A stretch of 64,000 nucleotides of DNA from an uncultured Spirochaetota bacterium (GCA_963820525.1 CAWGAA010000003.1:32001-96000); one strand, 5' to 3'; shown: positions 30,629 through 40,052, numbered from the stretch's first letter. Program-made: numbers and translations. Notes: a model not told the origin generated them from the letters alone.

Positions 30629-31423
30629 ATGGCACGAATCCTCATCGGCACGAGCGGCTACTCTTACGACGATTGGGTGGGGCCCCTCTATCCCCCGGGA
30701 ACTCCCAAGAGCGGCTTCCTCTCCCTCTACGCCCGGGAGTTCCCCATTGTGGAGCTCAACTTCTCCTACTATGCCCAGCCGAGCCCCCGCACTCTCCAGA
30801 GAATGGTGGAGAACACCCCCGAGGGGTTTCTCTTCTCCCTGAAGGCGCATCGAAGCATGACTCATGAGATCTCGGATACCTGGGAGAAGGACGTGGCAGT
30901 CTTCCGCGAGGGGATCCAACCCCTCGTGGAGGCGGGCCGCCTGAGCGCGGTGCTTCTCCAGTTCCCCTACAGCTTCGCCTACACTCCGGAGTCCCGGCAG
31001 AGGCTTGCCGCCCTCTGCGACAGGCTCTCGGGCCTGCCGCTCGCCGTCGAGTTTCGAAAAAGCGAATGGCAGAAAGACGCGGTTCTCGAGGGGCTTCGCC
31101 GGCGGTCGATCGGCCTGGTGAGCGTGGACGAGCCAGACCTTCCCCGCCTGCTCAAACCCACAGCCGAGGTCACCGCGGATCTTTCCTATGTTCGATTTCA
31201 CGGCAGGAACAAGGAAAACTGGTGGGCCGGAGACAACGCCTCCCGCTACGATTACCTCTACGGCAGAGAGGAGCTCATTCCATGGGTGCAGAGGATCAAG
31301 GAGATCCTCCACAGGGCCCGCGTGCTCCTTTTGTTCTTCAACAACCACGCGAGGGGAAGGGCGGTTCAGAACGCCCGGGAGATGCGGGAAATCCTCCGCG
31401 AGGAGGGGCTCCCGGTCGCGTGA
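30629..31423 (+). CDS. DUF72 (YecE-like) protein
   Basis: IGTSGYSYDDW.G.LYP; VELNFSYY; LLQFP; AVEFR; YVRFHGRN; YDYLY; FFNNH. Confidence 0.93.
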   Translation: MARILIGTSGYSYDDWVGPLYPPGTPKSGFLSLYAREFPIVELNFSYYAQPSPRTLQRMVENTPEGFLFSLKAHRSMTHEISDTWEKDVAVFREGIQPLVEAGRLSAVLLQFPYSFAYTPESRQRLAALCDRLSGLPLAVEFRKSEWQKDAVLEGLRRRSIGLVSVDEPDLPRLLKPTAEVTADLSYVRFHGRNKENWWAGDNASRYDYLYGREELIPWVQRIKEILHRARVLLLFFNNHARGRAVQNAREMREILREEGLPVA

Positions 31424-31450
31424 GCCCCACTCCCTGCCCTCCCGTTCGCG
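31377..31450 (+). repeat. 74-bp direct repeat, copy A (DUF72 3' end and flank)
   Basis: Matches 39303-39376 with 5 mismatches. Confidence 0.92.
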
Positions 31451-31544
31451 AACGGGTGGGAAACCGTGTACGCGTTCTTCGGCATCTCTTCATCCAAGGA
31501 TTCTTCCCGGGCACCGAATCAGTCCGGGACCATGCGGAAGAGCT

Positions 31545-32366
31545 TCAATTATGGGGATGAGCCCGCCGACTCTCCAGCCAGACGGCCAGCCTGGCGAAAT
31601 AAGAGTCATTCGGATTCGAATCGACCGCCTTCAAGAGGGCATTCACAACGTATTTAACCTGACCGTGGATGGGGCTAGTCGGGAAGCACTCCACGAGCGA
31701 GCATCCCGTCTTCAACGCGGCATCGGTGTAGTCGGGGTCGAACTTCATGTATCCGGCGAATCTGATCGGGACCTCCTTTTTCAGGAGGGAGACAACCTCG
31801 TCCTTCGTGTCCTGGAAGAACACCGCAGCCTCTTCGAGGTGCCCGGCGTTCATGACGACGACGGCGATCGGCGTGTTTATATCGCGCCCGGCGAGAGTCC
31901 GGGCAGCCTGGTATACCCAACCGGGAGTGGAGGGCCCATTCACCACGAAAAGGACCACCTCGTCGGCGGGTGTGGGAAGTCCGGTCTCAGGGATGGAGGA
32001 TCCGCGAATAAGCACAGTGCCGTATCTCGATCCCTCCGCGAGAAAAAGCTTTTTCTGCCGCGCGTCGGAGAGGCAGGCGCACAGGTTACTCAGCCGGATG
32101 GCGGGGATGGCTGCGGCGGTGTAGTGCTCGAAGTGCTTGTCCAGCCTGTCCCGCGCGGCCGCCCGAGACTGCTGCATGCTGAAAGGGGGCGAATCAGTGA
32201 AAACCGCGAGCGGCGAATTGCCCTTCGACGCAAGCTCCACGAGGAGGTTTTCCAGAGCGAGAGTCGTGAATCGTTCATCCGCGTTTCCCACACAGAACAA
32301 GGCGTGCGTTCCCCGCGGGGACTGCTGCCCCGCCCCCGGTGCGGGCCGCTCTGACGAGCCGCTCAT
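31545..32366 (-). CDS. MinD/FlhG/FleN-like protein lacking a recognisable Walker A motif
   Basis: ADEVVLFVV...VYQAARTL...IAVVVMNA..LEEA...FAGYMKFD...SLVECFPTSP resembles the FlhG C-terminal half. Confidence 0.55.
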   Translation of the reverse strand: MSGSSERPAPGAGQQSPRGTHALFCVGNADERFTTLALENLLVELASKGNSPLAVFTDSPPFSMQQSRAAARDRLDKHFEHYTAAAIPAIRLSNLCACLSDARQKKLFLAEGSRYGTVLIRGSSIPETGLPTPADEVVLFVVNGPSTPGWVYQAARTLAGRDINTPIAVVVMNAGHLEEAAVFFQDTKDEVVSLLKKEVPIRFAGYMKFDPDYTDAALKTGCSLVECFPTSPIHGQVKYVVNALLKAVDSNPNDSYFARLAVWLESRRAHPHN

Positions 32367-34477
32367 GCCGACCCTCCCGAGCGGCGCATCGCCTCGGCGA
32401 GGGCGTCGATGTGCTCCTTATCGAATTTGCGGCCGACCCCATCCCTGATCACCGCGATCGCCGCCTCGTAACTGAGCTTCTCCCGATAAGGCCTGGCGCT
32501 TGTGAGCGCCACGTAGGTCTCCGCCACCCCAATGAGCTTGGCGAATAGGGGGATCTTCGGCCCCTTCAGGCCTTTCGGATATCCCGAGCCGTCGTTGCGT
32601 TCATGGTGGTAGAGGATGCCGTCCTTGAACTCCTCCGGCATCTTCATCCCTTTGAAATATTCCACGCCCTTCTTCGTGTGGCTGCGTATGAACTCGAAAT
32701 CTTCCTCTGTCAGCACCGGTTTGCCGAGGATGCGCACAAGCCTGTCGGGGTCCAGAAGCAGGTAGCCCGCATCGTGGGCCAGGGCGGATTTGTAGAGAAG
32801 CTCGGCGTCCGCGGTGGACAAGCCGAGCCCCCGGGCCATGCCCCGGGCGACTCTCGCCGTGACCGTCGAGCGTTCCCGGTCCTTAAGGATTTTTCTCAGA
32901 TTCTCCGTGATCTCCATGAGCTTCGGAAGACCGAGCGGGGAATCGTCGGCCTCCTGCGTGGCCCCCTGGCCAAGCATGGGGAGGAGAGCCCTTCCCTCGC
33001 GGGGCCTACCCGCCAGCGTCTCGCGCACAAGACTCTCGGCCTTCTCTCTGAGGTAATCGTCATGCTCGGTCAGGAAAGGAAAAAGCACGGGCAGGATGGC
33101 GCGGGGGTCGCTGCCGTCCTCCTCCATGATTCTGTTCTCGACCACCTTGAGGATCTCTATCCTGAGGTCTTTCTCCAGCTCGCCGATGTACTCGCGAACT
33201 GTTTCCCACTTCAGGCTCCCCTGCTTCATCTGCTCGTGCATCCGCCTGATTCTCTCCGCCCGCATGAGATCACGGTACATCCCGGCGTCCCCCCCGGAAG
33301 GCGCCGTTTCGGCTGGTTTTTCAGTCTCCGGGTAAAATTCGAGCAGCATCGATTCGCCCACGGCTGCACGGCCCCGCTCCTGTTTTTCGGCCTCGCCGCC
33401 GAATGACATCGCCGGATACGCCAGGGCGGTCTCCCTCGAGCCCAGCACGCGCCTGCGGCGGAGCTGGGCGCGCACGATCAGTAGAATAAACAAAATCACG
33501 AGAAGGGTGACTATTCCCAAGCCGCCGAAGAGGAAGAGATTACGCGCCGAGAGCGTCTGGAACTGAAGCTGGTAGAGCTTATTCTGCTCCGCGAGTTGAT
33601 CGGCGAGATACTTCGTGCCCTCCTGGCTCGCGGCGCCCTGCATGTCTATGTTTTTCTGGTAGAGCTGGAGAAGCTCGGTGAGCGCTTTTGCGTCCCTGCT
33701 GGCCGTCTGGTCGTTGTTTTGGACCCGCTGGTTCAGCTGTTCGATCATCGTTCTATACCGTTCCATGTCCATCTTCAGCGCCTGACTCTCGCCCTGGGCC
33801 GCGAGCGCGGACGCTCGAATGGCTTCCAGTTGCCGCTCGGCTTCCTCTTTCTGCCGCTCCAGCTCGGTCTTGAGGGCGGCGCTCTCCTGGGTGGCGGTGG
33901 ACGTCGACGCGCGGAGGGCCGCCAATTCCTGCTCGGTTTTCTCCAGTTTATCAAGGGCCTCCTTGTAGACAGCGGAGCCCTCCACCAGCGCGGGCGTGGC
34001 GCCACCGACTGTCGTTCCCCCCGTGGCCGTTCCTCCGGCAGCCGTGCTCCCCGCCGTCTCCGTCCCGCCGCCCGTCGCTCCCGCGCCTTGCGTCGTGGGA
34101 GCTTTCTGCGCCGCTTCATCCGCCTCGTTCTTCAAGGCATTGATATTCATCTCGGCTTTCATTTGCCAGAAATACTTTGAAGCGATCTGGTTTGTCGGCG
34201 AGAGCTTCACCGCGTTCTTGAAACACTCGTAGGCGTTCTTGAAATTACGCCGACTGTACTCTTTCGCTCCGATGTCCGCGTACGCGTCGGCCAATGATCT
34301 TTTCGCTGTCGTGTTGGTCGGGCCGCTCGACAGGGCAACACCGAGGGTCTTCAGGGCGTCCGCCGCGTTTCCCGCCGCGTACTCGGACTGCGCCTGCTTG
34401 ATGAGATCGTCCAGACCGGCTGCGGAAAGACCGACGACGGCCAGGAAGAGTAGGAGCGAAACGGCCGATTTCTTCAT
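32363..34477 (-). CDS. Signal peptide-TPR-coiled coil-TM-HD-GYP domain protein
   Basis: MKKSAVSLLLFL signal; TPR-like helices; long coiled coil; TM LFLFGGLGIVTLLVILFILLIV; AHDAG and HHERNDGSGYP. Confidence 0.88.
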   Translation of the reverse strand: MKKSAVSLLLFLAVVGLSAAGLDDLIKQAQSEYAAGNAADALKTLGVALSSGPTNTTAKRSLADAYADIGAKEYSRRNFKNAYECFKNAVKLSPTNQIASKYFWQMKAEMNINALKNEADEAAQKAPTTQGAGATGGGTETAGSTAAGGTATGGTTVGGATPALVEGSAVYKEALDKLEKTEQELAALRASTSTATQESAALKTELERQKEEAERQLEAIRASALAAQGESQALKMDMERYRTMIEQLNQRVQNNDQTASRDAKALTELLQLYQKNIDMQGAASQEGTKYLADQLAEQNKLYQLQFQTLSARNLFLFGGLGIVTLLVILFILLIVRAQLRRRRVLGSRETALAYPAMSFGGEAEKQERGRAAVGESMLLEFYPETEKPAETAPSGGDAGMYRDLMRAERIRRMHEQMKQGSLKWETVREYIGELEKDLRIEILKVVENRIMEEDGSDPRAILPVLFPFLTEHDDYLREKAESLVRETLAGRPREGRALLPMLGQGATQEADDSPLGLPKLMEITENLRKILKDRERSTVTARVARGMARGLGLSTADAELLYKSALAHDAGYLLLDPDRLVRILGKPVLTEEDFEFIRSHTKKGVEYFKGMKMPEEFKDGILYHHERNDGSGYPKGLKGPKIPLFAKLIGVAETYVALTSARPYREKLSYEAAIAVIRDGVGRKFDKEHIDALAEAMRRSGGSA

Positions 34478-34497
34478 GGCTACATTTCTCCTTCTGC

Positions 34498-37400
34498 CTA
34501 CGGCCTGTACGTGACCGCGACGTGGCCGTAGCGGCCGGCGGGCATGCTCGCGAGCGTGGTCCATGTGCCGGGAGTCGCGGGAGGGGGGAGCGAGGTCAGG
34601 TTGCAGAGGTTGCTCAGATCGAACGAGTACACATTGTTCACGCCGCTGGCGGAGGCCAACAAAGTTGAAGTGCCGCCGAAAACGTACATGATCGATCCTG
34701 AAAGGGCGGCGGAGCTGAACCCATACGATTGGGGAAAGACGCCGGTGGTGCCGCCGTTCGCCCAGACGGCCGTGCCGGTGAATGGATAGTACAGGAACTG
34801 AAATACATTGGTCGGCGTGCTTGTTGCGCCCATTCCATTGACGATGAAGCACTGGGGGGTTCCCGAAAGGGCGGTGAATCCCCCGACGATCGCCATGATC
34901 GTGGGACCCGAGGTCGGCGTATATATCACGCCGGATATACCGGTTCGGGCAAGGGCGGTATATGGCGTAACGCCTATATTCAAGACGACTTCCTGGCCCG
35001 CCGTGAGGCCTCCCGTGGTGGGGGGACTTGAGACGGCAAGTCCGTCATGCGTGGAGGCCGGCGTGGCTGCGGCCGTGCGCCCGCCGAAATTATAGATGAC
35101 GTCGCCGTACGCGAGTGCGAAGCGTTCTGACCCGGCTGCGCCGAATGCGACCTTCCCGGTATACCAACTGCCGGCTGCGCCGGAAACGGGCGTGTACTCG
35201 TATGTGGTAGTCGTGGCCGCGCCCGCCCATGCCACGCCGGCTGCGCCCGTGGTTCCGCCCAATACGTAGATTCTATTGTTCACTACAACCGCGTGGATGT
35301 TCGCCTTTGCGACGGGCATCTGGGCCGGCACGGGGCTGGTCTGCCATGAATTGGCTGCTATATTATAGATCTGCACCGAGCTGAGAACGGCGCCGCTTGA
35401 ATTGAATCCGCCGATCACGTAGATGTTCCCTCCCAATGAGCACGCCGCGGCGAAACTCACGGGAGTGGGCAAGGTAGTGACGGCTTGATACCAGGTATCG
35501 ATTACCGGATCGTACAGATCGACATTGGCGACAACCGAACCGATGAGATTCGTCGAGAGCCCGCCGATCATCCATATCCCGCGCTGTTTCTTCGCCAAGG
35601 TGGGTTCCGCCTCGGTCGGGGTGAACGAGTTTTCGGCGCTCACCACGAAGGGCAGGGTCGCGCTGTAATTCTTCACCCTGTAATAGTAGACTTGGTTGCT
35701 CGTCAGCCCCGAAAGGGTGACCGAGTGCGAGGTGCCGGCGGTCTGCGACTGGATCGTAGAATACGCGTAGGTGCCTGACCCGGCGTGGGACACTGTGTCG
35801 TACTCCACGAGGTGGGTCGTGGCTACGTTCGTCGTCCAGGTGATGTCGGCCGTGGTCGATGATGTGGGTGTCGCCGTGAGAAGCGTCACAGCTATCGCGA
35901 TGGTTGTGGTGAAGGTGTACCCGCTGTCCACCTTCGCCGGTCCCGTGCCCACGAAATTCCTGAGTTGGTAGGAATATTGGGTCGACGGGCTGAGCCCGGA
36001 CAGGGTGATCGTGTGCGAAGTGGTAGGCGTGGTGGATTGCAGCGTGGCGTACGTGTAGGTACCGGGGATGGTGCCGTACTCGACAAGGTGGGTGGCGGCG
36101 ACGTTCGTCGTCCATGCGATGTTCGCAGTCGTCGCCGCCGGCGTCGCGGTAGGCCCCGCGGAGACGGTGATGGCGGGCGTCGTGAAGGAGCTCTCGGTGC
36201 TCACGGAGTCGGGCATGGATGGATTGAAATTCCATACCCGGTAGTAGTACTTGGTTGATTCCGAGAGTCCGGAGAGGGTAACGGAGTGGGATGTCGCGGC
36301 CGTCTGTGAAACCGCGGTCGCGTACGCGTAGGTTCCGGTCGCGGTGCCGTATTCCACGAAGTGGGTGGTGGCCACGTCCGTGGTCCAGCTGATCGTGGCC
36401 GCGCTGGGCGACGTGGGTGTCGCCGTGAGGAGCGTCACCCCTATTTGGACAACGGCCGTCGTGGTGAACGAATAGGGGCCGTCCACCTTCGCCGGTCCCG
36501 CGCCCACGAAGTTCCTGAGCCTGTAAAAATATTGGGTCGACGGACTGAGCCCGGACAGGGTGATCGTATGCGAAGTCGCGGCGGCCCCCGACGAGTACGC
36601 GGAATATTCATAGGTACCGGAGACGGTACCGAAATCCACCACGGCCGTCGTGGCGACGTTCGTCGTCCATGAGATGTCCGCCGTCGTTTCCGACGGCGTT
36701 GCGGTAGGCCCGCCGGTGACGGTGATCGTGTTCGTCGTGAAGGATCTCTCGGTGCTCACGGAGTCGGGCATGGACGGGTTGAAATTCCTCACTCTGTAGT
36801 AATACACGGTGGATTCCGCGAGCCCGGAGAGGGTCACGGAGTGGGACGTATTGGCCGTCGGCGAAAGTACGGTCGCGTACGCGTAGGTGCCGGACACGGT
36901 GCCGTATTCCACGAAGTGGGTGGTGGCCACGTCCGTGGTCCAGGTGATATCGGCCGTGGTCGGCGATGTGGGTGTCGCCGTGAGGAGCGTCACCTGGATC
37001 ACCGGCGTAGCCGTGGTTGCGAACGAGCCCTCCGCACTCAACGTGGCGGGCATCGTCGTGTGGAAATTCCGAACCCGATAGTAGTACGTGGTCGATGCAG
37101 CAAGCCCCGTCAGGGGGACGGAGTGGGAGGTGTCGGCGGTCAGTGACTGGATCGTTGAAAGGTCGAGGCTGCCGGAAGTCGTGCCGTATTCCACGAGGTG
37201 CGTTGTCGGCACGTCCGTGATCCAGGCGACATTGGCCGTCGTTTGCGATGAGGTCGCCGCGAGCCCCGTCACTTGGATTCCCGGGAATGCAATCGTGGTG
37301 AACGTGTTCTCCGCGCTCTTCGAAGCCGACATCTCGGCGTCGATGTTGGTCACCCGATAGTAGTACTGGGTAGATGCCGTGAGTCCCGACAGGGTGACGG

Positions 37401-37662
37401 AATGTGAGGTGTCGGGGGTCTGCGACTGGGCCGTCGCATTGGAATACGCTCCCGAGACCGTTCCATATTCCACGAAATGGGTGGTCGGTTTCTCCGTGGT
37501 CCACGCGATAGTCGCACCCGTTTGCGAGGCCGTCACCGAAAGCCCCGTAATGACGACCGACTTCGTGCCCGGCGGAGTCTCAAGCAGCGACCCGTTGCAT
37601 GAGGCGAGCGCGACCGTCAACGCCATATACAGGAAAGGCTTCATGAATGATTTCCCTTTCAC
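34498..37662 (-). CDS. Surface lipoprotein with 7 Fn3-like repeats and a C-terminal Kelch propeller
   Basis: Lipobox LASC; seven W-T/I-T...VEYG...HSVTLSGL...YYYRV units; Kelch motifs IYVIGG, IYVLGG, MYVFGG. Confidence 0.88.
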   Translation of the reverse strand: MKGKSFMKPFLYMALTVALASCNGSLLETPPGTKSVVITGLSVTASQTGATIAWTTEKPTTHFVEYGTVSGAYSNATAQSQTPDTSHSVTLSGLTASTQYYYRVTNIDAEMSASKSAENTFTTIAFPGIQVTGLAATSSQTTANVAWITDVPTTHLVEYGTTSGSLDLSTIQSLTADTSHSVPLTGLAASTTYYYRVRNFHTTMPATLSAEGSFATTATPVIQVTLLTATPTSPTTADITWTTDVATTHFVEYGTVSGTYAYATVLSPTANTSHSVTLSGLAESTVYYYRVRNFNPSMPDSVSTERSFTTNTITVTGGPTATPSETTADISWTTNVATTAVVDFGTVSGTYEYSAYSSGAAATSHTITLSGLSPSTQYFYRLRNFVGAGPAKVDGPYSFTTTAVVQIGVTLLTATPTSPSAATISWTTDVATTHFVEYGTATGTYAYATAVSQTAATSHSVTLSGLSESTKYYYRVWNFNPSMPDSVSTESSFTTPAITVSAGPTATPAATTANIAWTTNVAATHLVEYGTIPGTYTYATLQSTTPTTSHTITLSGLSPSTQYSYQLRNFVGTGPAKVDSGYTFTTTIAIAVTLLTATPTSSTTADITWTTNVATTHLVEYDTVSHAGSGTYAYSTIQSQTAGTSHSVTLSGLTSNQVYYYRVKNYSATLPFVVSAENSFTPTEAEPTLAKKQRGIWMIGGLSTNLIGSVVANVDLYDPVIDTWYQAVTTLPTPVSFAAACSLGGNIYVIGGFNSSGAVLSSVQIYNIAANSWQTSPVPAQMPVAKANIHAVVVNNRIYVLGGTTGAAGVAWAGAATTTTYEYTPVSGAAGSWYTGKVAFGAAGSERFALAYGDVIYNFGGRTAAATPASTHDGLAVSSPPTTGGLTAGQEVVLNIGVTPYTALARTGISGVIYTPTSGPTIMAIVGGFTALSGTPQCFIVNGMGATSTPTNVFQFLYYPFTGTAVWANGGTTGVFPQSYGFSSAALSGSIMYVFGGTSTLLASASGVNNVYSFDLSNLCNLTSLPPPATPGTWTTLASMPAGRYGHVAVTYRP

Positions 37663-37675
37663 GGCTCCCTCCGTT

Positions 37676-38560
37676 TCAGAAGCTGTAGGCCGCGCCGATC
37701 GAAACCGACGGCAGGTGAAGCAAAGTACTTGTCTGTTGCACCGCGAGCCATCTTCCGCCGAGTCGGATCAGCAGGCGCGAGCTCAGATAGAAATCCAATC
37801 CCAGGTTCGCGCTGTAGACGAGATCGATCTCACCCCTCGAGGAGCCCGCCGCCTGGTCGCTCACCCCAATATACGCGATACCCGCGCCAAGGCCGAACCA
37901 GGGAACGAGATTCTTGATGACGGGTAGGGATGAAGACCAAAAACCGAGGTAACGGTAGATCGGGCAGGCGGTGGCCGTGGTGACGCTGTAGGAGAGGTTC
38001 CGGCCGGCGAGATAGGGCACAAAGAACTGCGAAATATCGAGACCCGCGAACAGCCCTCTGACGATTGGGAGGTTGACCTCCGCGAATGCGGAAGCCAAGA
38101 AGCCCGGACCGAACGACGCGCCAAGCGGACCAACGGTCAGATCGTACCCTCCGGTAAGCCCTACGTGGATGGGGAACCCGTAGTAGAGATTTCGCTGCGC
38201 CGGGTCCTGAATTCTGCGAATGCTGTCCGACGGAATGGTGAGCTCGCCGAAATCGAGATCGACGAAAAGCCCTATATCGGGGTCGAAATTCTTCACCTTG
38301 CCGCGTATGACGGAGCCGTCATTAAGGATGATCTCCACGGGCTGGACGCTGAGGGCGCTGTAGTCGGTCTCCATTTTAATCAACGCAGTGGAGGTCAATC
38401 GAATGGTTTTTCCGAACACATCGAGCGTGACGAACCCCCCCTCCGCGGAAGCCACCTGCCCCAGGAATATCGTGCCGTCTTCCGTGCGTATCACGTCGCT
38501 GAATGCAGGAGCGGTGATTCTGCAAACGATGATCAGGAGAAAGAGAACGCGGTTTCTCAT
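37676..38560 (-). CDS. Outer-membrane beta-barrel protein with duplicated small N-terminal domain
   Basis: Signal peptide; two D/N-G-x-x-x-x-G-x-V units; amphipathic strands PWFGLGAG, NLGLDFY; C-terminal YSF. Confidence 0.7.
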   Translation of the reverse strand: MRNRVLFLLIIVCRITAPAFSDVIRTEDGTIFLGQVASAEGGFVTLDVFGKTIRLTSTALIKMETDYSALSVQPVEIILNDGSVIRGKVKNFDPDIGLFVDLDFGELTIPSDSIRRIQDPAQRNLYYGFPIHVGLTGGYDLTVGPLGASFGPGFLASAFAEVNLPIVRGLFAGLDISQFFVPYLAGRNLSYSVTTATACPIYRYLGFWSSSLPVIKNLVPWFGLGAGIAYIGVSDQAAGSSRGEIDLVYSANLGLDFYLSSRLLIRLGGRWLAVQQTSTLLHLPSVSIGAAYSF

Positions 38561-38893
38561 TCAAAAGCCTCCCGGAATATCCGTTTCGCGAAAATAAAGT
38601 TACCTCTTGAACTTTCGGGGCCGAGAATGAGCGCGCGGCGGGCGGATCGTAGGATACGGCCATATCCTTGACGGCGAGGCGCTTTGAGCGCGGTCAAGAG
38701 TTTTGCAACGCACTCTTTTCCTTTAACGGCTATCATATAACCACCTCTGCCGGCCTTCTCCTAAAGGACTGCTCCTTGGCGGCGGCCATGAAAAAACAGC
38801 ATTGGAATCACCTAGCCGCCATATGCCTCAGTTTACAATTATATGCGTGTGACGCGCGGAATGCAATAAACGCGCGCCTTCTCTCCCCCTGGC

Positions 38894-39218
38894 TTACACT
38901 GAGCTGATCGAGATCTCCCGGCTCTTCAACCCGGAGCCCGGGATCACGAGTCTCCGGACACCTGAGTCCGTCCGTGCCCGAATCGATTCCGGATTAAGGA
39001 TGAGGCGATCGTGATCCCCCAGTAGGAAGAGCGCCCTCTCCCTCATTACGGCAAACTCTTCCGATTCGAACGCCCTTCTTCGGTGAACCATCAAGGACCG
39101 ATCGTTGAAATGCTTCAACAACATGAACCAAAGATCGAACAGCAGGGGATTGTCCAAAAGCACACTTCCTGGAGGGGAAGAGGGCTTCCGGCAGGAATGT
39201 CGTTATCATCCTCCAGAA
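38894..39218 (-). pseudogene. C-terminal gene remnant (possibly alpha/beta-hydrolase) cut by the ISCR oriIS end
   Basis: ALFLLGDHDRL...RLVIPGSG; abuts the third oriIS copy. Confidence 0.35.
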
Positions 39219-39303
39219 CGATTGATAGTAACTACTCTAGTGTCCTCTGCGGGTTATTGCCAAGTGGTGAGGCCGCGAGGCGGCAAAAAACGGGTCTTGC
39301 AAG
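39219..39303 (-). mobile_element. Third (85-bp) copy of the ISCR-like oriIS end
   Basis: Matches 14661-14744 with few mismatches. Confidence 0.88.
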
Positions 39304-39376
39304 GGACATGCGGGAAATCCTTCGCGAGGAGGGGCTCCCGGGCGCGTGAGGCCCACTCCCTGCCCTCCCATTCGCG
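39303..39376 (+). repeat. 74-bp direct repeat, copy B (duplicate of the DUF72 3' end)
   Basis: Encodes MREILREEGLPGA*, versus MREILREEGLPVA* at the end of DUF72. Confidence 0.92.
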
Positions 39377-39380
39377 CTTT

Positions 39381-40052
39381 TCAGTCTTCTTCCGGCTCTT
39401 CCAGGTCGCTCGCTTCGATGGCAACGCTCTGCTCGTCCCCGGTCTTCGGGTCAATCGTGAGGTCGAACGTGTACTGGTCCATATCCTCGTCGGCGGACAT
39501 GACGTTGTACTTCACCTTCGCGTCCCCGATGGGTACCAGGACGGTGTACGACTCTCCCGCGCTCAGGATCGTGTCCTCGTCCAGAAGATCCACCCCCCAC
39601 GCGTCGGAATCCGAGGGGGACATGAAGAGGTAGTACATGTCGTAGTCCGTCTTGTTTTCGATCTGGAGCTTCACGAACGTGAAATCCTTGGGGGAGCTTT
39701 TCAGGTTTTTCCTGGTGAAGGTGATGATGCCTTCCTTGCCGTCGGTGAGCGTGAAATCGTACAGCTCGAAGACGTTCCCCGCCTCGTCCGTCGCCATGAT
39801 GTCGAACTTGAACGAGGAGCCGGGATAGTGGACGACGTATCCGATGGATTTCCCGTCGCCGAGATGGTACTCCGCCCCCACGATATCGGGCCCCCACTCC
39901 TCGCTGTCCGACGGGGAAAGGAATATGGTCTGGATGTTCTTTCCCGTCGCGTTCTTGAACTCGATGCGGTTGAGCTCTTCCGGATCGAAAGCGAACAGGA
40001 TCGCGAAACCTGCCAATAAGAAAGAAAGCGAAAGCACGTTCCTCTTCGACAT
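39381..40052 (-). CDS. Secreted acidic protein with two tandem homologous domains
   Basis: Signal peptide; NATG..IFLSPSDSEEWGPDIV and NKTD..LFMSPSDSDAWGVDLL. Confidence 0.75.
   Translation of the reverse strand: MSKRNVLSLSFLLAGFAILFAFDPEELNRIEFKNATGKNIQTIFLSPSDSEEWGPDIVGAEYHLGDGKSIGYVVHYPGSSFKFDIMATDEAGNVFELYDFTLTDGKEGIITFTRKNLKSSPKDFTFVKLQIENKTDYDMYYLFMSPSDSDAWGVDLLDEDTILSAGESYTVLVPIGDAKVKYNVMSADEDMDQYTFDLTIDPKTGDEQSVAIEASDLEEPEED

Noticed and set aside
34478..34852. N-terminal extension of the 829-aa HD-GYP ORF
   Set aside because: Overlaps the Kelch gene in another frame; the signal peptide and RBS point to ATG 34477.
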